From Candidatus Bilamarchaeaceae archaeon (GTDB lineage Archaea; Micrarchaeota; Micrarchaeia; Anstonellales; Bilamarchaeaceae), in contig JAVZJR010000001.1 in assembly GCA_038870635.1 (NCBI GenBank), positions 106,797 through 170,796 of the forward strand: a stretch of DNA of 64,000 bases, read 5' to 3'. This document shows positions 29,528 through 40,452 of the stretch, piece by piece. The translations under genes were made by a program, and so were the position numbers. The notes under the pieces were generated by a model. That model saw only the letters and a program-made list of their open reading frames with translations, was not told where the DNA came from and ran no database searches. Position 1 is the first letter of the stretch; each line of letters opens with the position of its first letter.

Positions 29528-32062
29528 TTACACCTTCCAATATTTCTTTGTTTTAACAAATGTCTTTTGTGCTTCTATAAGATCAAGATAAAAAGAATTT
29601 TCATCCTTGTGAAGCCTTGCAAGTATTCTCTCTGCTGTAACAGGCCCTATCCCATAAACAGAAAGAGCGATAAGTGCTTTTTTTCCGTAAGTTTGTATTA
29701 ATGCTGCGCTCAATTCCATATCATCTGCCGAACGACTCTTTAAAGCGAGGGCTTTTTTTCCGCATTTTGCGCATTTAAGTTCTTCTTCTGCACTTGCAAG
29801 ATAAACAAAACGGGTTGCGCCACAGTTAAGACAAACCAACTCTTTTGTATAAGAAAGAATTTTTTCTTTAAGCGCAGCGATTATCCTATCTTTTGGCTCA
29901 AAAATTCCAATAGCTTCTCTTGCTGAAACGCGATTTAATCCAATCTGCGCAAAAAAGCTCGGGGTTTTTCTCTCGTCGAGCACTACTTTTATTTTTCGTG
30001 ATTTAATCCCTTTAAAAATCTCTTCTGCACCATCTAAATCAAAATAACGAAAAAATATTGAGCGTATTGTTTCTTCGTAAACTACGGAATAGCGAAGGGC
30101 ATCTATAAATTTTTGTCCTACTGTTGCGTCCTCTTCTATTAAACCAAACATTCTCGCAACATGGCTAAATTTAAAACGAAGAAGGTTTGAATTTCTAAGA
30201 CTTTCTTCTAATTTTTTTCTCGGGCTAATACCACAAGACATAAAAACATCATTTATTTTTTTTGGTTCGATAGGGTAAGGAAGTTTTATTATTATCCGAT
30301 AAGCATCAGCAACTGCACGAACGCTTTCGCCGATAATTTCAGAAATGAGATAAGCGAAAATTCTTCCTATGGTTTCATTTATCTTATTCCCAAAACAGGA
30401 ATGGACTACTATAACATCGCTTATAACTTCTATTACTATTGTTTTATCATCTGGTACAACTTGCTCCTTTATCTTTATTTTTCGCATCGCGCCAACCATC
30501 TCCGCGATTTCTTTTGCAACAGGAATATCTTCTCCAATCCAAGATGGAATTGTGATTTCCGTGCTTGTGCCTGGTGAAACTACCACTGCATCTTCTGTTA
30601 TGTCAAGTACTTCCCACACCTGTCCTTTTGAAAGAAAATTATCTCCAGTTGTGATATTACTAACAAACTCTTCATCCAAAGATGCTATCTGCCGATTAGA
30701 TGAGGAATCAAAAAGAACAAATTTTTTTGTTTTAGGTATAGTACTTAGATAGGTGTAGTAATAGTCTCTTGCTCTGTTTCTAACCTTTATCGTCCCATCT
30801 TGATTAAAAAATACAAGAGATTCTGCATGCAACTGTAAGAGCAACGATTTAAGCTTATCTATTGTTATTCCATAAGCGCCAGACTCTTTGAATATTGAAT
30901 GAATTTCATCAAAATGCATCTTATAGTTCTCAAGCAAAAGACCAATTATCTGATGAGCAATTACATCAAGCGCTCCTTTCTCGATTGTTTTTCTCTCCAC
31001 CCAACCATTCTGGGCGAGAGAAACAATAGCCTCTGCTTCAAGAAAATCATCAAAATCAAGAGGGAATACTATACCTTTTGGTACCTTTCTTATGGAATGG
31101 CCAGAACGCCCAACTCTTTGAATTAGACGAAAAACTTGATGGGGGGAACCATACTGAACTATTAAATCAACATCGCCCACATCTATACCAAGCTCTAGAG
31201 AAGAAGTACAAACAAGTGATTTTATTTTGCCTGTCTTAAAATCATCTTCAGCGCTTACCCTAACTTCTTTTGAAAGCGAACCGTGATGGACTTCAATTGG
31301 TGCTTTTTTTTCTTTTAACCACCCGCCTATTTCTTCAGCCGTGCTTCGCGTATTAACAAAAAGAAGGGATCGTTCCTTTTCAACTATTGATTTTATTTTT
31401 TCTAATCTTTTTTCTCGCTCTTCCTCGTAAAAAACAGAAAAATCAAAAGTTCTTTTAGAGCCTGCTTCAATCACTTTATAATCTCGTTGTCCAAAAAGAA
31501 GAGCTGCAGCCTCAGTAGGATTCGGAAGTGTTGCACTTATACCTATCCTACTAAAAGAAGCAATTCTTGCCAAACGCTCAAGAGAAAGTGAAAGTTGTGC
31601 TCCTCTTTTGTTATCTAAAACATCATGGATTTCATCGACTATTACATAACGGACGTTTTGCAGATGTTTACGCATTATAGGTGCAACTAAAAGTGCTTGA
31701 AGGGATTCAATAGTTGTTAATACGATTTGTGGCGGGTTTTTTCTTTGTTTTGCCCGCTCTGATATAGTCGTATCCCCATGTCGTATATCACTGGTTATGT
31801 TGTAAATAGTACACCATTCCTTAAACCTTCTCAAAAGATCACGGTTAAGACTTCTCAAAGGTGTTATGTAAAGCGCTGCTATACCTTGCTGGGATTTTAT
31901 ATTATCCAGGACAGGAAGTAGAGCTGCTTCTGTTTTACCATAACCAGTGGGCGCGATTATTAGCACATTTGCTCCGCTCGCCACGACACTAATGGCTTTT
32001 TCTTGAATTTCAGTCAGCGAGCCGAAACGATTGCGGAGCAATTCCTCTGGACTTTTTTCCAT
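29528..32062 (-). CDS. lhr: Lhr-family DEAD/H helicase with C-terminal Zn finger
   Basis: APTGYGKT, PLRSLNRD, DEIH, ISAT, HHGSL, CTSSLELGID, QRVGRSGH, CxxC...CxxC. Confidence 0.93.
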   Translation of the reverse strand: MEKSPEELLRNRFGSLTEIQEKAISVVASGANVLIIAPTGYGKTEAALLPVLDNIKSQQGIAALYITPLRSLNRDLLRRFKEWCTIYNITSDIRHGDTTISERAKQRKNPPQIVLTTIESLQALLVAPIMRKHLQNVRYVIVDEIHDVLDNKRGAQLSLSLERLARIASFSRIGISATLPNPTEAAALLFGQRDYKVIEAGSKRTFDFSVFYEEEREKRLEKIKSIVEKERSLLFVNTRSTAEEIGGWLKEKKAPIEVHHGSLSKEVRVSAEDDFKTGKIKSLVCTSSLELGIDVGDVDLIVQYGSPHQVFRLIQRVGRSGHSIRKVPKGIVFPLDFDDFLEAEAIVSLAQNGWVERKTIEKGALDVIAHQIIGLLLENYKMHFDEIHSIFKESGAYGITIDKLKSLLLQLHAESLVFFNQDGTIKVRNRARDYYYTYLSTIPKTKKFVLFDSSSNRQIASLDEEFVSNITTGDNFLSKGQVWEVLDITEDAVVVSPGTSTEITIPSWIGEDIPVAKEIAEMVGAMRKIKIKEQVVPDDKTIVIEVISDVIVVHSCFGNKINETIGRIFAYLISEIIGESVRAVADAYRIIIKLPYPIEPKKINDVFMSCGISPRKKLEESLRNSNLLRFKFSHVARMFGLIEEDATVGQKFIDALRYSVVYEETIRSIFFRYFDLDGAEEIFKGIKSRKIKVVLDERKTPSFFAQIGLNRVSAREAIGIFEPKDRIIAALKEKILSYTKELVCLNCGATRFVYLASAEEELKCAKCGKKALALKSRSADDMELSAALIQTYGKKALIALSVYGIGPVTAERILARLHKDENSFYLDLIEAQKTFVKTKKYWKV

Positions 32063-32064
32063 GT

Positions 32065-32319
32065 TTATTTTTTGTTAAAACTGCTTAATATTTCTTCCCA
32101 TTCGCTCTCAGATACATCAATAAATATCTTTTTGCGTCGTGATTTAGAACCAGAGATTATCTTTACCTCTTTTCCTGTTAAACTACGAAGTTCTTTTATA
32201 AGTTCTAGATTTGCCCGATTTCCTTCTGCTTTTTCGGTTAGATAAACCTTAATGATATTTTCCTTTTTTTGTATTAAAAAAGATGGGGAAGAAGGTATAA
32301 CACTAATCTCTATCAGCAT
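32065..32319 (-). CDS. DUF167 (YggU) family protein
   Basis: EGNRANLEL and ISGSKSRRK motifs. Confidence 0.85.
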   Translation of the reverse strand: MLIEISVIPSSPSFLIQKKENIIKVYLTEKAEGNRANLELIKELRSLTGKEVKIISGSKSRRKKIFIDVSESEWEEILSSFNKK

Positions 32320-32959
32320 CCTTCATCGCCTGTTTAAGTTCCTCTAAAGAAACAATACCTACATAAGAATAGTTGCCGATGATGGTCATAGGTATAGCGT
32401 TAACATTATACTCCTTCATTAAAGAGTGGACAACTGAGCTGTTTATACCTGTATCAAATGCGTATATTTTTATTTTATCTTTTGTAGAAAAGCTATCACG
32501 CGCTTTGAGAATAATTTCTCCTTGTCGTTTACAATCAGTGCAATTTACATTGTCGTAAAAGAAGAGAACAAAACGATAATCTTCTCCACATAATTTTTGT
32601 ACTTTTTTAGAAAAAAGAAGAGACTGTATCTGTAAGACCATATACTTTCTTTTAATTTCAGGAGAAGAATAACCTTTTTGGTCTTCCATTAACGATAACT
32701 CGTAACCAAGCTTTTCTCTTTCCCTATCAAAAGAGGTTAATTCTTCTTTATAAAATGAGCAAAAATTACTATTCTGATCCTCTAAAAAAAGTAGAACACC
32801 TATATTAGAAATCTTTGTATTTGCTTCCTCAATTTCACTTGCAAGCGAACTCATCACATTTTGATTTATTAAAGTACCAACATAAACACCAACTGCAAAC
32901 AAAATCGATGCAAAAATAAATGCAATCACATATAGATATATTGAAATCTTTCTTTCCAT
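32303..32959 (-). CDS. Membrane-anchored thioredoxin-fold protein
   Basis: N-terminal TM, FFY...CTDC, YNVNAIP cis-Pro loop. Confidence 0.7.
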   Translation of the reverse strand: MERKISIYLYVIAFIFASILFAVGVYVGTLINQNVMSSLASEIEEANTKISNIGVLLFLEDQNSNFCSFYKEELTSFDREREKLGYELSLMEDQKGYSSPEIKRKYMVLQIQSLLFSKKVQKLCGEDYRFVLFFYDNVNCTDCKRQGEIILKARDSFSTKDKIKIYAFDTGINSSVVHSLMKEYNVNAIPMTIIGNYSYVGIVSLEELKQAMKDADRD

Positions 32960-32963
32960 CAAA

Positions 32964-34154
32964 TCACCACGAAAATTTCTCATGTTTTAATTCTTTATAA
33001 ACGAGCAAGAGATTATAACATAGCATAAGATACCAATAAAAGAAATAATATAATATTATGGGGATTATACCAACTTTCTCATTTTTAAAGCTGCCAAGAA
33101 CCAAAGCAAGCCAAGCAACAGAAGCAAGACCAGCAAAAAAAAGAGGAACAGAAATTGGGTTTATCCCCATACCTATACTCTCTATAAAAATGTAGGAAAC
33201 ATAGTAAGGTGTATTTACTATCGCATTTATCATAAGACCTAAAACTATGAAAAAAGATGCTAATGTTATGAAGTTTAAAGGAACAAAAAATAGTCCAAAA
33301 TCACCATATTCTGGTGTTATAAGATGCTTGTAGTTCCAATAGTTTCTTACACCTCCCCGCTGCCACCTTACTCTTTGTTTTATTAAATCCTGAATTGTTT
33401 CGGGGGGATTAGTATAAACTTCTGCCTTTACTGAACTTCTTATTTTAAAGTGATGTTTTTGTATTCTCAATGCTATTTCTTGGTCTTCTACTAAATTATG
33501 CTCGTCAAAACCACCAACTTTTTTGAAAACAGATGCACGAAATATAGAGAAAGGGCCAGGAGTAACAGGTACCGCGTCTATAAAACTCAACAACTTTCTT
33601 GAGAAAATTATCATCAGATATTCTATTCTTTGCAACTCTACAAGCAACGAATTTGATGGTCTAATCTTTATGGCAGGAGTAACTGCCATCACTTCTGGGT
33701 CATCCTTAAAAAAGGCAAGAAGCTGCTTAAGAGTTTTTGGTAGAACATAGGAATCGGCGTCCATTGTTACTATGAATTCTCCTTTAGCGATTTTAAGTCC
33801 ATGGTTAAGAGCTGCACCCTTACCTGCATTTTTTTGTGTTACAACTCTAACACCATATTTTTCAAACTTTTTCGCTTCTTCTTCTGTCAAGTCAGTTGAG
33901 CCATCGTTTATAACAATAATATCTAATTTATCTTTAGGATAGTCAAGCTCTAATAAAGTTTGAAGGCACTTCCCTATATATTTTTCTTCATTGTATGCAG
34001 GCACTATTATGCTAACTAACGGTGTAAAATTTTCATCTATCGGGGGTTCTTCTTCATAATTTTTTTTGTATGTGAAAAGAAGAAGAAAGTAAAAAACCAC
34101 CACATAAACAGAAAAAAAAGCAACAAAGTAATTGAGTGCGTGTACTAAGTCCAT
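32964..34154 (-). CDS. Processive family 2 glycosyltransferase (PgaC/cellulose synthase-like)
   Basis: PAYNEE, DGSTD, GKGAALN, DAD, VED, QRVRW motifs and TM helices. Confidence 0.92.
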   Translation of the reverse strand: MDLVHALNYFVAFFSVYVVVFYFLLLFTYKKNYEEEPPIDENFTPLVSIIVPAYNEEKYIGKCLQTLLELDYPKDKLDIIVINDGSTDLTEEEAKKFEKYGVRVVTQKNAGKGAALNHGLKIAKGEFIVTMDADSYVLPKTLKQLLAFFKDDPEVMAVTPAIKIRPSNSLLVELQRIEYLMIIFSRKLLSFIDAVPVTPGPFSIFRASVFKKVGGFDEHNLVEDQEIALRIQKHHFKIRSSVKAEVYTNPPETIQDLIKQRVRWQRGGVRNYWNYKHLITPEYGDFGLFFVPLNFITLASFFIVLGLMINAIVNTPYYVSYIFIESIGMGINPISVPLFFAGLASVAWLALVLGSFKNEKVGIIPIILYYFFYWYLMLCYNLLLVYKELKHEKFSW

Positions 34155-34167
34155 TAAAAATCAAGCC

Positions 34168-35043
34168 TCAGAAACCAAAAAGAAGATTCTTAGAAAAGAA
34201 AAGTGCAAGCACCATTCCAACTAACAAAAACGGAATAAACGGTGGAAGATCGGTGTACACCCAAATCGTTTGCAAACCTGCCTCCTTTAAACGCTGAATC
34301 TCGCTTACTGTTGCCAACCTCTTAATATTGTATTGTTTAATAATTGCAGGTTCTATAAGTTCTAAGGCGAAAACATCTTCGGGTTCTACCTTTTCTAGTG
34401 GTAATTGCTCTGCGAGCATTAAAATGATGTCCTGCTTATAAACCATAAAAAATATAGATGCCAAAAGTAAAACTGAAATTATAAATAGATAAGTTAAAGA
34501 AAAAACAGGGGAATTAATATAAACGTAAATAAAAAACAAAAAAGGCAAAAGAAGAAGAAGGTAGAGAAGATTGGGTGTGCCGCCTTGAGATATTATTTTC
34601 AAAGCAAACTTTATTGTAACATACACGGTCAATAAGAGACCGCCATATATCATAGCAGGGATTATAAAAGGTAAATTAAACGACAAACCAGCAAAAGAAG
34701 GAACAAAAGGTATGAGTAGCATGACAGAAGTTATGACAATAACATCTGCGCCACCTATTTGCCCAAACCTGTAAAAAATATAACCTATTACAGAAATAAA
34801 TAACGCTGCGCCAAATGTAAACAAAAGAACATCAAAATCAGGTTGCATAAGGTAAAAAACAATGTTAAGCAAGATAGCAATACCTAAAAAAGAGTAAAGG
34901 ATTTTATCAGGAACATTCTTTTTGTTAAAAAGATCGTAGTAAGAAGCAACAAGAACACCAATAAAAGCCACGATAACCCTCAAAACTTCTCCAGCAACAG
35001 GGACATTTGTGAATAACACCTTTTCTATCATTCCATCAAGCAT
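34168..35043 (-). CDS. Prepilin peptidase (A24, PibD/EppA-like)
   Basis: ASYYD, GGAD and PPFIPF motifs; polytopic. Confidence 0.88.
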   Translation of the reverse strand: MLDGMIEKVLFTNVPVAGEVLRVIVAFIGVLVASYYDLFNKKNVPDKILYSFLGIAILLNIVFYLMQPDFDVLLFTFGAALFISVIGYIFYRFGQIGGADVIVITSVMLLIPFVPSFAGLSFNLPFIIPAMIYGGLLLTVYVTIKFALKIISQGGTPNLLYLLLLLPFLFFIYVYINSPVFSLTYLFIISVLLLASIFFMVYKQDIILMLAEQLPLEKVEPEDVFALELIEPAIIKQYNIKRLATVSEIQRLKEAGLQTIWVYTDLPPFIPFLLVGMVLALFFSKNLLFGF

Positions 35044-35094
35044 AAAATCACGAATTTAATTTAACGCGGAATGAATAAAAAAGTATAGTTTAGC

Positions 35095-35367
35095 CTATTC
35101 CATTAGGTTTTTTAGCGCCTCGCTGGTGAGGTCATTGGAAAGTGCTTGATCAAGACCAGGTATGCCACCACTAGCTGTGCCTTCTGTTGAGATAGTATGA
35201 GTAGAAACAGATGTTTTCTCAACTACTGCGAAGTCTATCTGCAACATATTACCACAAACAGGGCATTTTCCGATAGCAGTCATTTGCTGAAGCTCGATAT
35301 TACCGTTAAAAATAAAATTAAGCTCTGCCCCACACTTAAGACATTTAACGTTTCTTTTCAAGTCCAT
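35095..35367 (-). CDS. Small Zn-ribbon protein
   Basis: CLKC and CPVC pairs. Confidence 0.65.
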   Translation of the reverse strand: MDLKRNVKCLKCGAELNFIFNGNIELQQMTAIGKCPVCGNMLQIDFAVVEKTSVSTHTISTEGTASGGIPGLDQALSNDLTSEALKNLME

Positions 35368-35412
35368 AGAATCGCCAAAATTTAATCTAACGTTTATAAT
35401 ATAAACATTACT

Positions 35413-36552
35413 TTACATCACATCTAGTTTTGTCTTATTGGATGAACTAAGAGGTAAGCTCCCTCCGCTTGAAGGCGATTTCACTTTATCGTTGAGCAAA
35501 ATATCTTTTTTAGCGAATTCCATTCTTTGCTTTAGTAGTTCAACCAAACTTTCAAGTTTTAATAAAACAGGATCTTTTATGCGGACATGTAAACCTAACT
35601 TGGAAGCGTTTGAGAGTAATTTTTTTGTTGTTTCTAATCGTTGCTCACGTGCTAACTCAATCTTCTCCATCATTTTTTTTATTAATTCTATAGAATTGGC
35701 ATTAGAGACCAAATTCTCCATACATTCCGAGCAAACCTTTCTTGTTTCACTGCTCTGGGTGGTTGCAATGCTGTGAGGTAAATAACAAAATGAAGAAAGA
35801 ACGTTCTGGCCATTTTTGCCTGCAAAAGCAATTACCTGCACGGCCAAATCTTTTATTTGTTGATTGCCTAAAGAAATACCAAGTCGATACATTAACTTAA
35901 CACTTTCCAGAAAAGGCGGCGGGTCATTCTTGCTACGTGCAGGCAAGAGATAGCCATTTTTAAGAGGCAGAAGTATAATATTTAGCAGCGAAATCGTATG
36001 TGCTATAGTTTTTTCTTTTTCGCTCTCTTTCGCACCGTTTGACAAAAATACAAAATTATCTACAAGAGCATGTGAAATAGAAAGGAAAAAGGCAGGCGGT
36101 AATTCGACGCCCTTAGCTACCGCATGTTTTATTGTTTCTTTTATAACATAATGAGATTGATAACTAAAAGAATCACGATCAACTAGATAGTTTCCTAAAG
36201 CATTGAGAATAGAAGAACGGAGTGGGTTATCCTCTGAGTAATGTTTTAATGCAATTAAAAAAGCGCGGTGAGCAAGTTTGCCTGCTTCGCTCAGCTCCGT
36301 TTCTGAGATTATTTTTGCAACACTTTCAATATCAAGATAGCACGATATTAAAGCAAGCTTGACCAACTCTATACGAGGATAACTTATTTTTTTAGCTGCA
36401 TCATTAAAAGCAGCTTCTTCAAGCATCATAAGAACAGAGTAGTTAATTGTCTTATCTAAAGATAAAATTTCATTTTTTATTTTATCTATATTTTTTCTTT
36501 CTAAAGAGTTTAAGTCAGCACATATCCTCCTTATTTTTTCCATATCTCCCAT
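35413..36552 (-). CDS. Hypothetical helical (HEAT-like) protein
   Basis: 379-aa Leu/Ala-rich ORF with GGGGG RBS and its own TATA. Confidence 0.6.
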   Translation of the reverse strand: MGDMEKIRRICADLNSLERKNIDKIKNEILSLDKTINYSVLMMLEEAAFNDAAKKISYPRIELVKLALISCYLDIESVAKIISETELSEAGKLAHRAFLIALKHYSEDNPLRSSILNALGNYLVDRDSFSYQSHYVIKETIKHAVAKGVELPPAFFLSISHALVDNFVFLSNGAKESEKEKTIAHTISLLNIILLPLKNGYLLPARSKNDPPPFLESVKLMYRLGISLGNQQIKDLAVQVIAFAGKNGQNVLSSFCYLPHSIATTQSSETRKVCSECMENLVSNANSIELIKKMMEKIELAREQRLETTKKLLSNASKLGLHVRIKDPVLLKLESLVELLKQRMEFAKKDILLNDKVKSPSSGGSLPLSSSNKTKLDVM

Positions 36553-36701
36553 ACAACCCCCACAAATTATTTATTTAGTAAAGTTTATAAAGTTTTATTT
36601 TATGTTTTTTTATGTATAATGTCTGCTAATCTGGGAAGATAAAAATTTCTTGCAAAAATATTATAAGAAAATTTAAATATTTAATGAATTATTAAATAGT
36701 C

Positions 36702-37796
36702 ATGTCGAAAATAAGATGCGCAGTTGTAGGTGTTGGTAATTGCTTTGCAGGCTTAGTGCAAGGAATAGAATATTACAGACAAAACCCAAAAATGGAAATA
36801 ATAGGAGTTATGCATCCCAAAATAGGTGGCTATTCAATATACGATCTTGACTTTGTGGCTGCATTCGATGTTGATAAAAAAAAGGTTGGAAAACCTTTGA
36901 ACGAAGCAGTATATGCTGAACCAAACAAAGTAAGATGGGTGCCTAAACTTAGCACAATGAATGATGTTGTTGTAAAGCAAGCTCCACGTTTGGATGGAGT
37001 TGGGCACTATGTTGAGAAAGTTGTTGAACCGGTTCCGGAAAGGCCGCTCGATGAACTAAGAAAAGAAATAATAGAAGAGTTAAAAGAAAAAAAAGTAGAG
37101 ATTCTTGTTTCTTATCTACCAGTAGGGTCAGATAATGCGACCAAGTTTTGGGCGCAAGTATGTTTGGATACAAAAATAGCATTTGTAAATTGTATGCCAA
37201 GTTTTATAGCATCGGATCCACAATGGGCAAAAAAATTTTCCGATGCAGGAGTACCGGTGATTGGAGATGATATAAAAGGGCAAGTAGGCGCCACCATAGT
37301 CCACCGAACACTTGCAAAACTCTGCGATGACCGTGGAACAAAAATAGAACGCACTTATCAGATAAATGTCGGCGGCAATACTGATTTCCTATCTATGAAA
37401 GAGCAAGAGAGATTGCATTCAAAAAAAATATCAAAAACAGAAAGTGTGCAAAGCCAACTCAAACAGCGATTGCCAGACGATAGCATTTATGTTGGCCCTT
37501 CTGATTTCATCCCATTTTTAGGAAATACAAAACTTATGTTTATGCGTATAGAAGGCAGGATGTGGGCGAACATACCATACAACATAGAGGTTAGATTAGA
37601 AGTAGATGATAAAGCCAACTCTGCCGGTATTGTAGTAGATGCAATAAGACTTGCAAAAATTGCGTTAGACAGAAAAATGGGCGGGCCTATAATTGCGGCT
37701 TCAGCTTATCTTATGAAACATCCACCCTTACAAATGAGTGATGCGGACGCAAAAAAAGCATTAGAGGAATTTATAGAAAACAAAAGGAATATATAA
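36702..37796 (+). CDS. ino1: myo-Inositol-1-phosphate synthase
   Basis: GVGNC, YLPVGS, GDDIKGQVGAT, GGNTDF, SKKISKT, DDKANSAG. Confidence 0.95.
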   Translation: MSKIRCAVVGVGNCFAGLVQGIEYYRQNPKMEIIGVMHPKIGGYSIYDLDFVAAFDVDKKKVGKPLNEAVYAEPNKVRWVPKLSTMNDVVVKQAPRLDGVGHYVEKVVEPVPERPLDELRKEIIEELKEKKVEILVSYLPVGSDNATKFWAQVCLDTKIAFVNCMPSFIASDPQWAKKFSDAGVPVIGDDIKGQVGATIVHRTLAKLCDDRGTKIERTYQINVGGNTDFLSMKEQERLHSKKISKTESVQSQLKQRLPDDSIYVGPSDFIPFLGNTKLMFMRIEGRMWANIPYNIEVRLEVDDKANSAGIVVDAIRLAKIALDRKMGGPIIAASAYLMKHPPLQMSDADAKKALEEFIENKRNI

Positions 37797-37821
37797 AAAG
37801 AAAACAAAAATAATAAAAAAA

Positions 37822-38103
37822 TTAGAATTTTGGCATTATGTCTGGTTTCTCGTCAGTGAGTAAGAGTAAATATGGTAACCAGCTAATTGCATAACCAACA
37901 TATGCCATAATTATCTTGTTTAATATTTCGAGCCTCTTACCAAAAATAAGTACATACAAGAATTGCAATGGCATGGCAATGTAAACCGAAATTACTGCAA
38001 GTACGCCCATGATTATACCCACTATTACAAAGTACACTAATCGAATAAACAATTCCACTCTATTTGCTTCTTCCTCAAAAGGAAGTTTTACGTCCACTCT
38101 CAT
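37822..38103 (-). CDS. DUF4389-like membrane protein
   Basis: ELFIRL, LIFGKR and LLLTDEKP pattern. Confidence 0.7.
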   Translation of the reverse strand: MRVDVKLPFEEEANRVELFIRLVYFVIVGIIMGVLAVISVYIAMPLQFLYVLIFGKRLEILNKIIMAYVGYAISWLPYLLLLTDEKPDIMPKF

Positions 38104-38124
38104 CAGTTCACCTCTAAAAATTTT

Positions 38125-39540
38125 CTAATATGATTTCTCCGATAACTTAATAAAGGTTGTAGCTAAAAGCCTTACTCCCGCTCCACTGGCCCCTTTTTCA
38201 AGATAAGGATGGTTTGTATTGATGAGGTCAACGCCTGCTATATCTAAATGCGCCCATTTAGTATCACCGACAAACTCCTTAAGAAAAACTGCACCTGTTA
38301 TTGAACCAGCCTCGCCAGTATCACTTATATTCTTTATATCAGCGATGTCAGATTTCATCATTTCACTATATTCTTTCCAAATAGGTAAACGCCATACCCT
38401 TTCAAAAGTTTCCTTTCCCGCATCTTCAATTACTTTTGCTAATTCATCATCGTTGCTGAATAAACCAACAGCGTGTCTTCCAAGTGCAATAATTATCGCA
38501 CCAGTAAGTGTTGCGATATCTATTATATAATCAGGTTTCTTTTCTGCAATATAGGAAAGAGCATCTGCAAGTATAAGACGACCTTCAGCATCAGTATTCA
38601 ATACTTCTATTGTTTTTCCATTATATGCTTTCCAGATATCTCCTGGTCTTTGTGCGGTAGCAGAAGGTAAATTTTCCGCAAGAGGCAAAACAGCAAGAAG
38701 ACGAATTGGAAGTTTTAATTCTGCAACTGCCTTTATTGTAGCAAGGGCTGCCAACGCGCCAGACTTGTCATATTTCATTTCATGCATTTTCGCAGATGGT
38801 TTTATTGAGATACCGCCACTATCAAAAGTTATACCTTTGCCAACAACTGCGCAATAAGGCCTTTTGGCGCCTTCATACTCTAAAATTACTAAGTATGGTG
38901 GGTTTTTACTTCCTGCACCTACAGCAAGCAATGCATTCATACCCATTTTTTTCAGTTTTTTCTCGTCAAAAACAGTAGCTTTAAGATTATATGTTTTAGC
39001 TAAATTAAGCGCCTCTTTAACAATAGCCGAGGGCGTTATTATGTTTGCTGGTTTTTCATCAAGGGAACGCATATAGTTTTGTGCAGATGCAAGCACCTCA
39101 CCTAACCTCACTTCTTTTTTTATGTCTTTATCAGATATAAGTATAAGCCGTTCAACAAAACTCTCCTCAACTTTACTTTTAAATTCGGTACATTTATAAT
39201 TTGCAAGAATTGCGCCTTCTGTAATCAATTGCGCAGCTTTATTTAAATTTGGCACGACAATGCCAACTTCTTTATATTTAAAATAGCGTGCCATACGAAT
39301 CGCAGCGCCCCCGCCTCTTCGTAGAAAATCATCTTCAAATTCCTCTTTTTTACCAAGCGAGTAAAAAGAGATTCTTTTGTAAGGTTTTCCTTTAACCGCA
39401 GTTGAATAAACAGAACCTGTCTTTCCCTCCAAATTTTTAAAATCATCTTTAAAATCTTCAAAATCTTTTGGAAAATCTTTCTCAAAACCAAAGAAAAAAA
39501 CAACATCTCCTGATAAGTTTCTCTTGATACAAATTTCCAT
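38125..39540 (-). CDS. pepA: Leucyl aminopeptidase (M17)
   Basis: VGKGITFDSGG, MKYDK, NTDAEGRL, ATLTGA, HLDIAG. Confidence 0.95.
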   Translation of the reverse strand: MEICIKRNLSGDVVFFFGFEKDFPKDFEDFKDDFKNLEGKTGSVYSTAVKGKPYKRISFYSLGKKEEFEDDFLRRGGGAAIRMARYFKYKEVGIVVPNLNKAAQLITEGAILANYKCTEFKSKVEESFVERLILISDKDIKKEVRLGEVLASAQNYMRSLDEKPANIITPSAIVKEALNLAKTYNLKATVFDEKKLKKMGMNALLAVGAGSKNPPYLVILEYEGAKRPYCAVVGKGITFDSGGISIKPSAKMHEMKYDKSGALAALATIKAVAELKLPIRLLAVLPLAENLPSATAQRPGDIWKAYNGKTIEVLNTDAEGRLILADALSYIAEKKPDYIIDIATLTGAIIIALGRHAVGLFSNDDELAKVIEDAGKETFERVWRLPIWKEYSEMMKSDIADIKNISDTGEAGSITGAVFLKEFVGDTKWAHLDIAGVDLINTNHPYLEKGASGAGVRLLATTFIKLSEKSY

Positions 39541-39600
39541 ATCACCACCTGATAGACCATTTCATCTTCTCTTTAAAAATTTAGCTGATAAATTTAAACT

Positions 39601-40452
39601 ATGGCTAAAAAAGAGGGCGTTAGATTTGGACCAGCTGGTATCCCCATTCAATGTGAAGGACGAAGCACATTAGATGGCGTTCGTTGTTGTTACGAACTTG
39701 GTCTAAAAGCCATGGAAATGGAATTTGTACAAGGCGTTCGATTAAATAAAAACGCGGCAGCAGAAGTTGGAAAGGTTGCAGAACAACTTGACATCTCTCT
39801 TTCTTCTCATGCACCCTACTTCATAAATTTTTGCTCTAAAGAGGAAACAAAAATAAAGAATAGTATAAGAAACTTAGTAGAAGCTGCAGTGGCAACGGCT
39901 TCGGCAAAAGGCAGTATAACTGTTTTTCATCCTGGTTTTTACCAAGGCCAAGGAAAAGAGGAGGCATATCAAAGGGCCAAGAAAAACATCATGGCAGCAT
40001 ATGAAAAAGTAAAAGAAGCAGGAGCGGAAAAAGTAATTCTTGGCGCAGAAACAGTAGGCAAAAAAAGTGCTTTTGGCGGATTCGAAGAAGTTGTAAGATT
40101 GGCATCGGAATTAGAGTATGTACAACCAGTACTTGATTTTGCACACATGCACGCTCGAAGAGATTTCATTATAAAAGGAGTTGATGACTACAGAAAAATA
40201 TTTGAAATTTTAGAGAAAAAATTAGGAGACTATGTACACCATTTCCACAGCCATTTCTCTGAAATAAGGTACAGTGAGAAAGGAGAGCTATCCCATCTTC
40301 CACTTGGCACAAATAATGAACCGCCAATAGAACCTTTGCTTAAAGTAATAGTAGAGAATGGCTATTCCGGAACAATAATATGTGAAACACCGCAATTAGA
40401 TATCGATGCACAAAAAATGCAAAAAATTTACAGCAGGATGGTGAAAAAATGA
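39601..40452 (+). CDS. nfo: Endonuclease IV (archaeal Nfo-like)
   Basis: GPAG, HAPYFIN, FHPG, ETVGK, DFAHMHAR, HFS, ICETP. Confidence 0.88.
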   Translation: MAKKEGVRFGPAGIPIQCEGRSTLDGVRCCYELGLKAMEMEFVQGVRLNKNAAAEVGKVAEQLDISLSSHAPYFINFCSKEETKIKNSIRNLVEAAVATASAKGSITVFHPGFYQGQGKEEAYQRAKKNIMAAYEKVKEAGAEKVILGAETVGKKSAFGGFEEVVRLASELEYVQPVLDFAHMHARRDFIIKGVDDYRKIFEILEKKLGDYVHHFHSHFSEIRYSEKGELSHLPLGTNNEPPIEPLLKVIVENGYSGTIICETPQLDIDAQKMQKIYSRMVKK

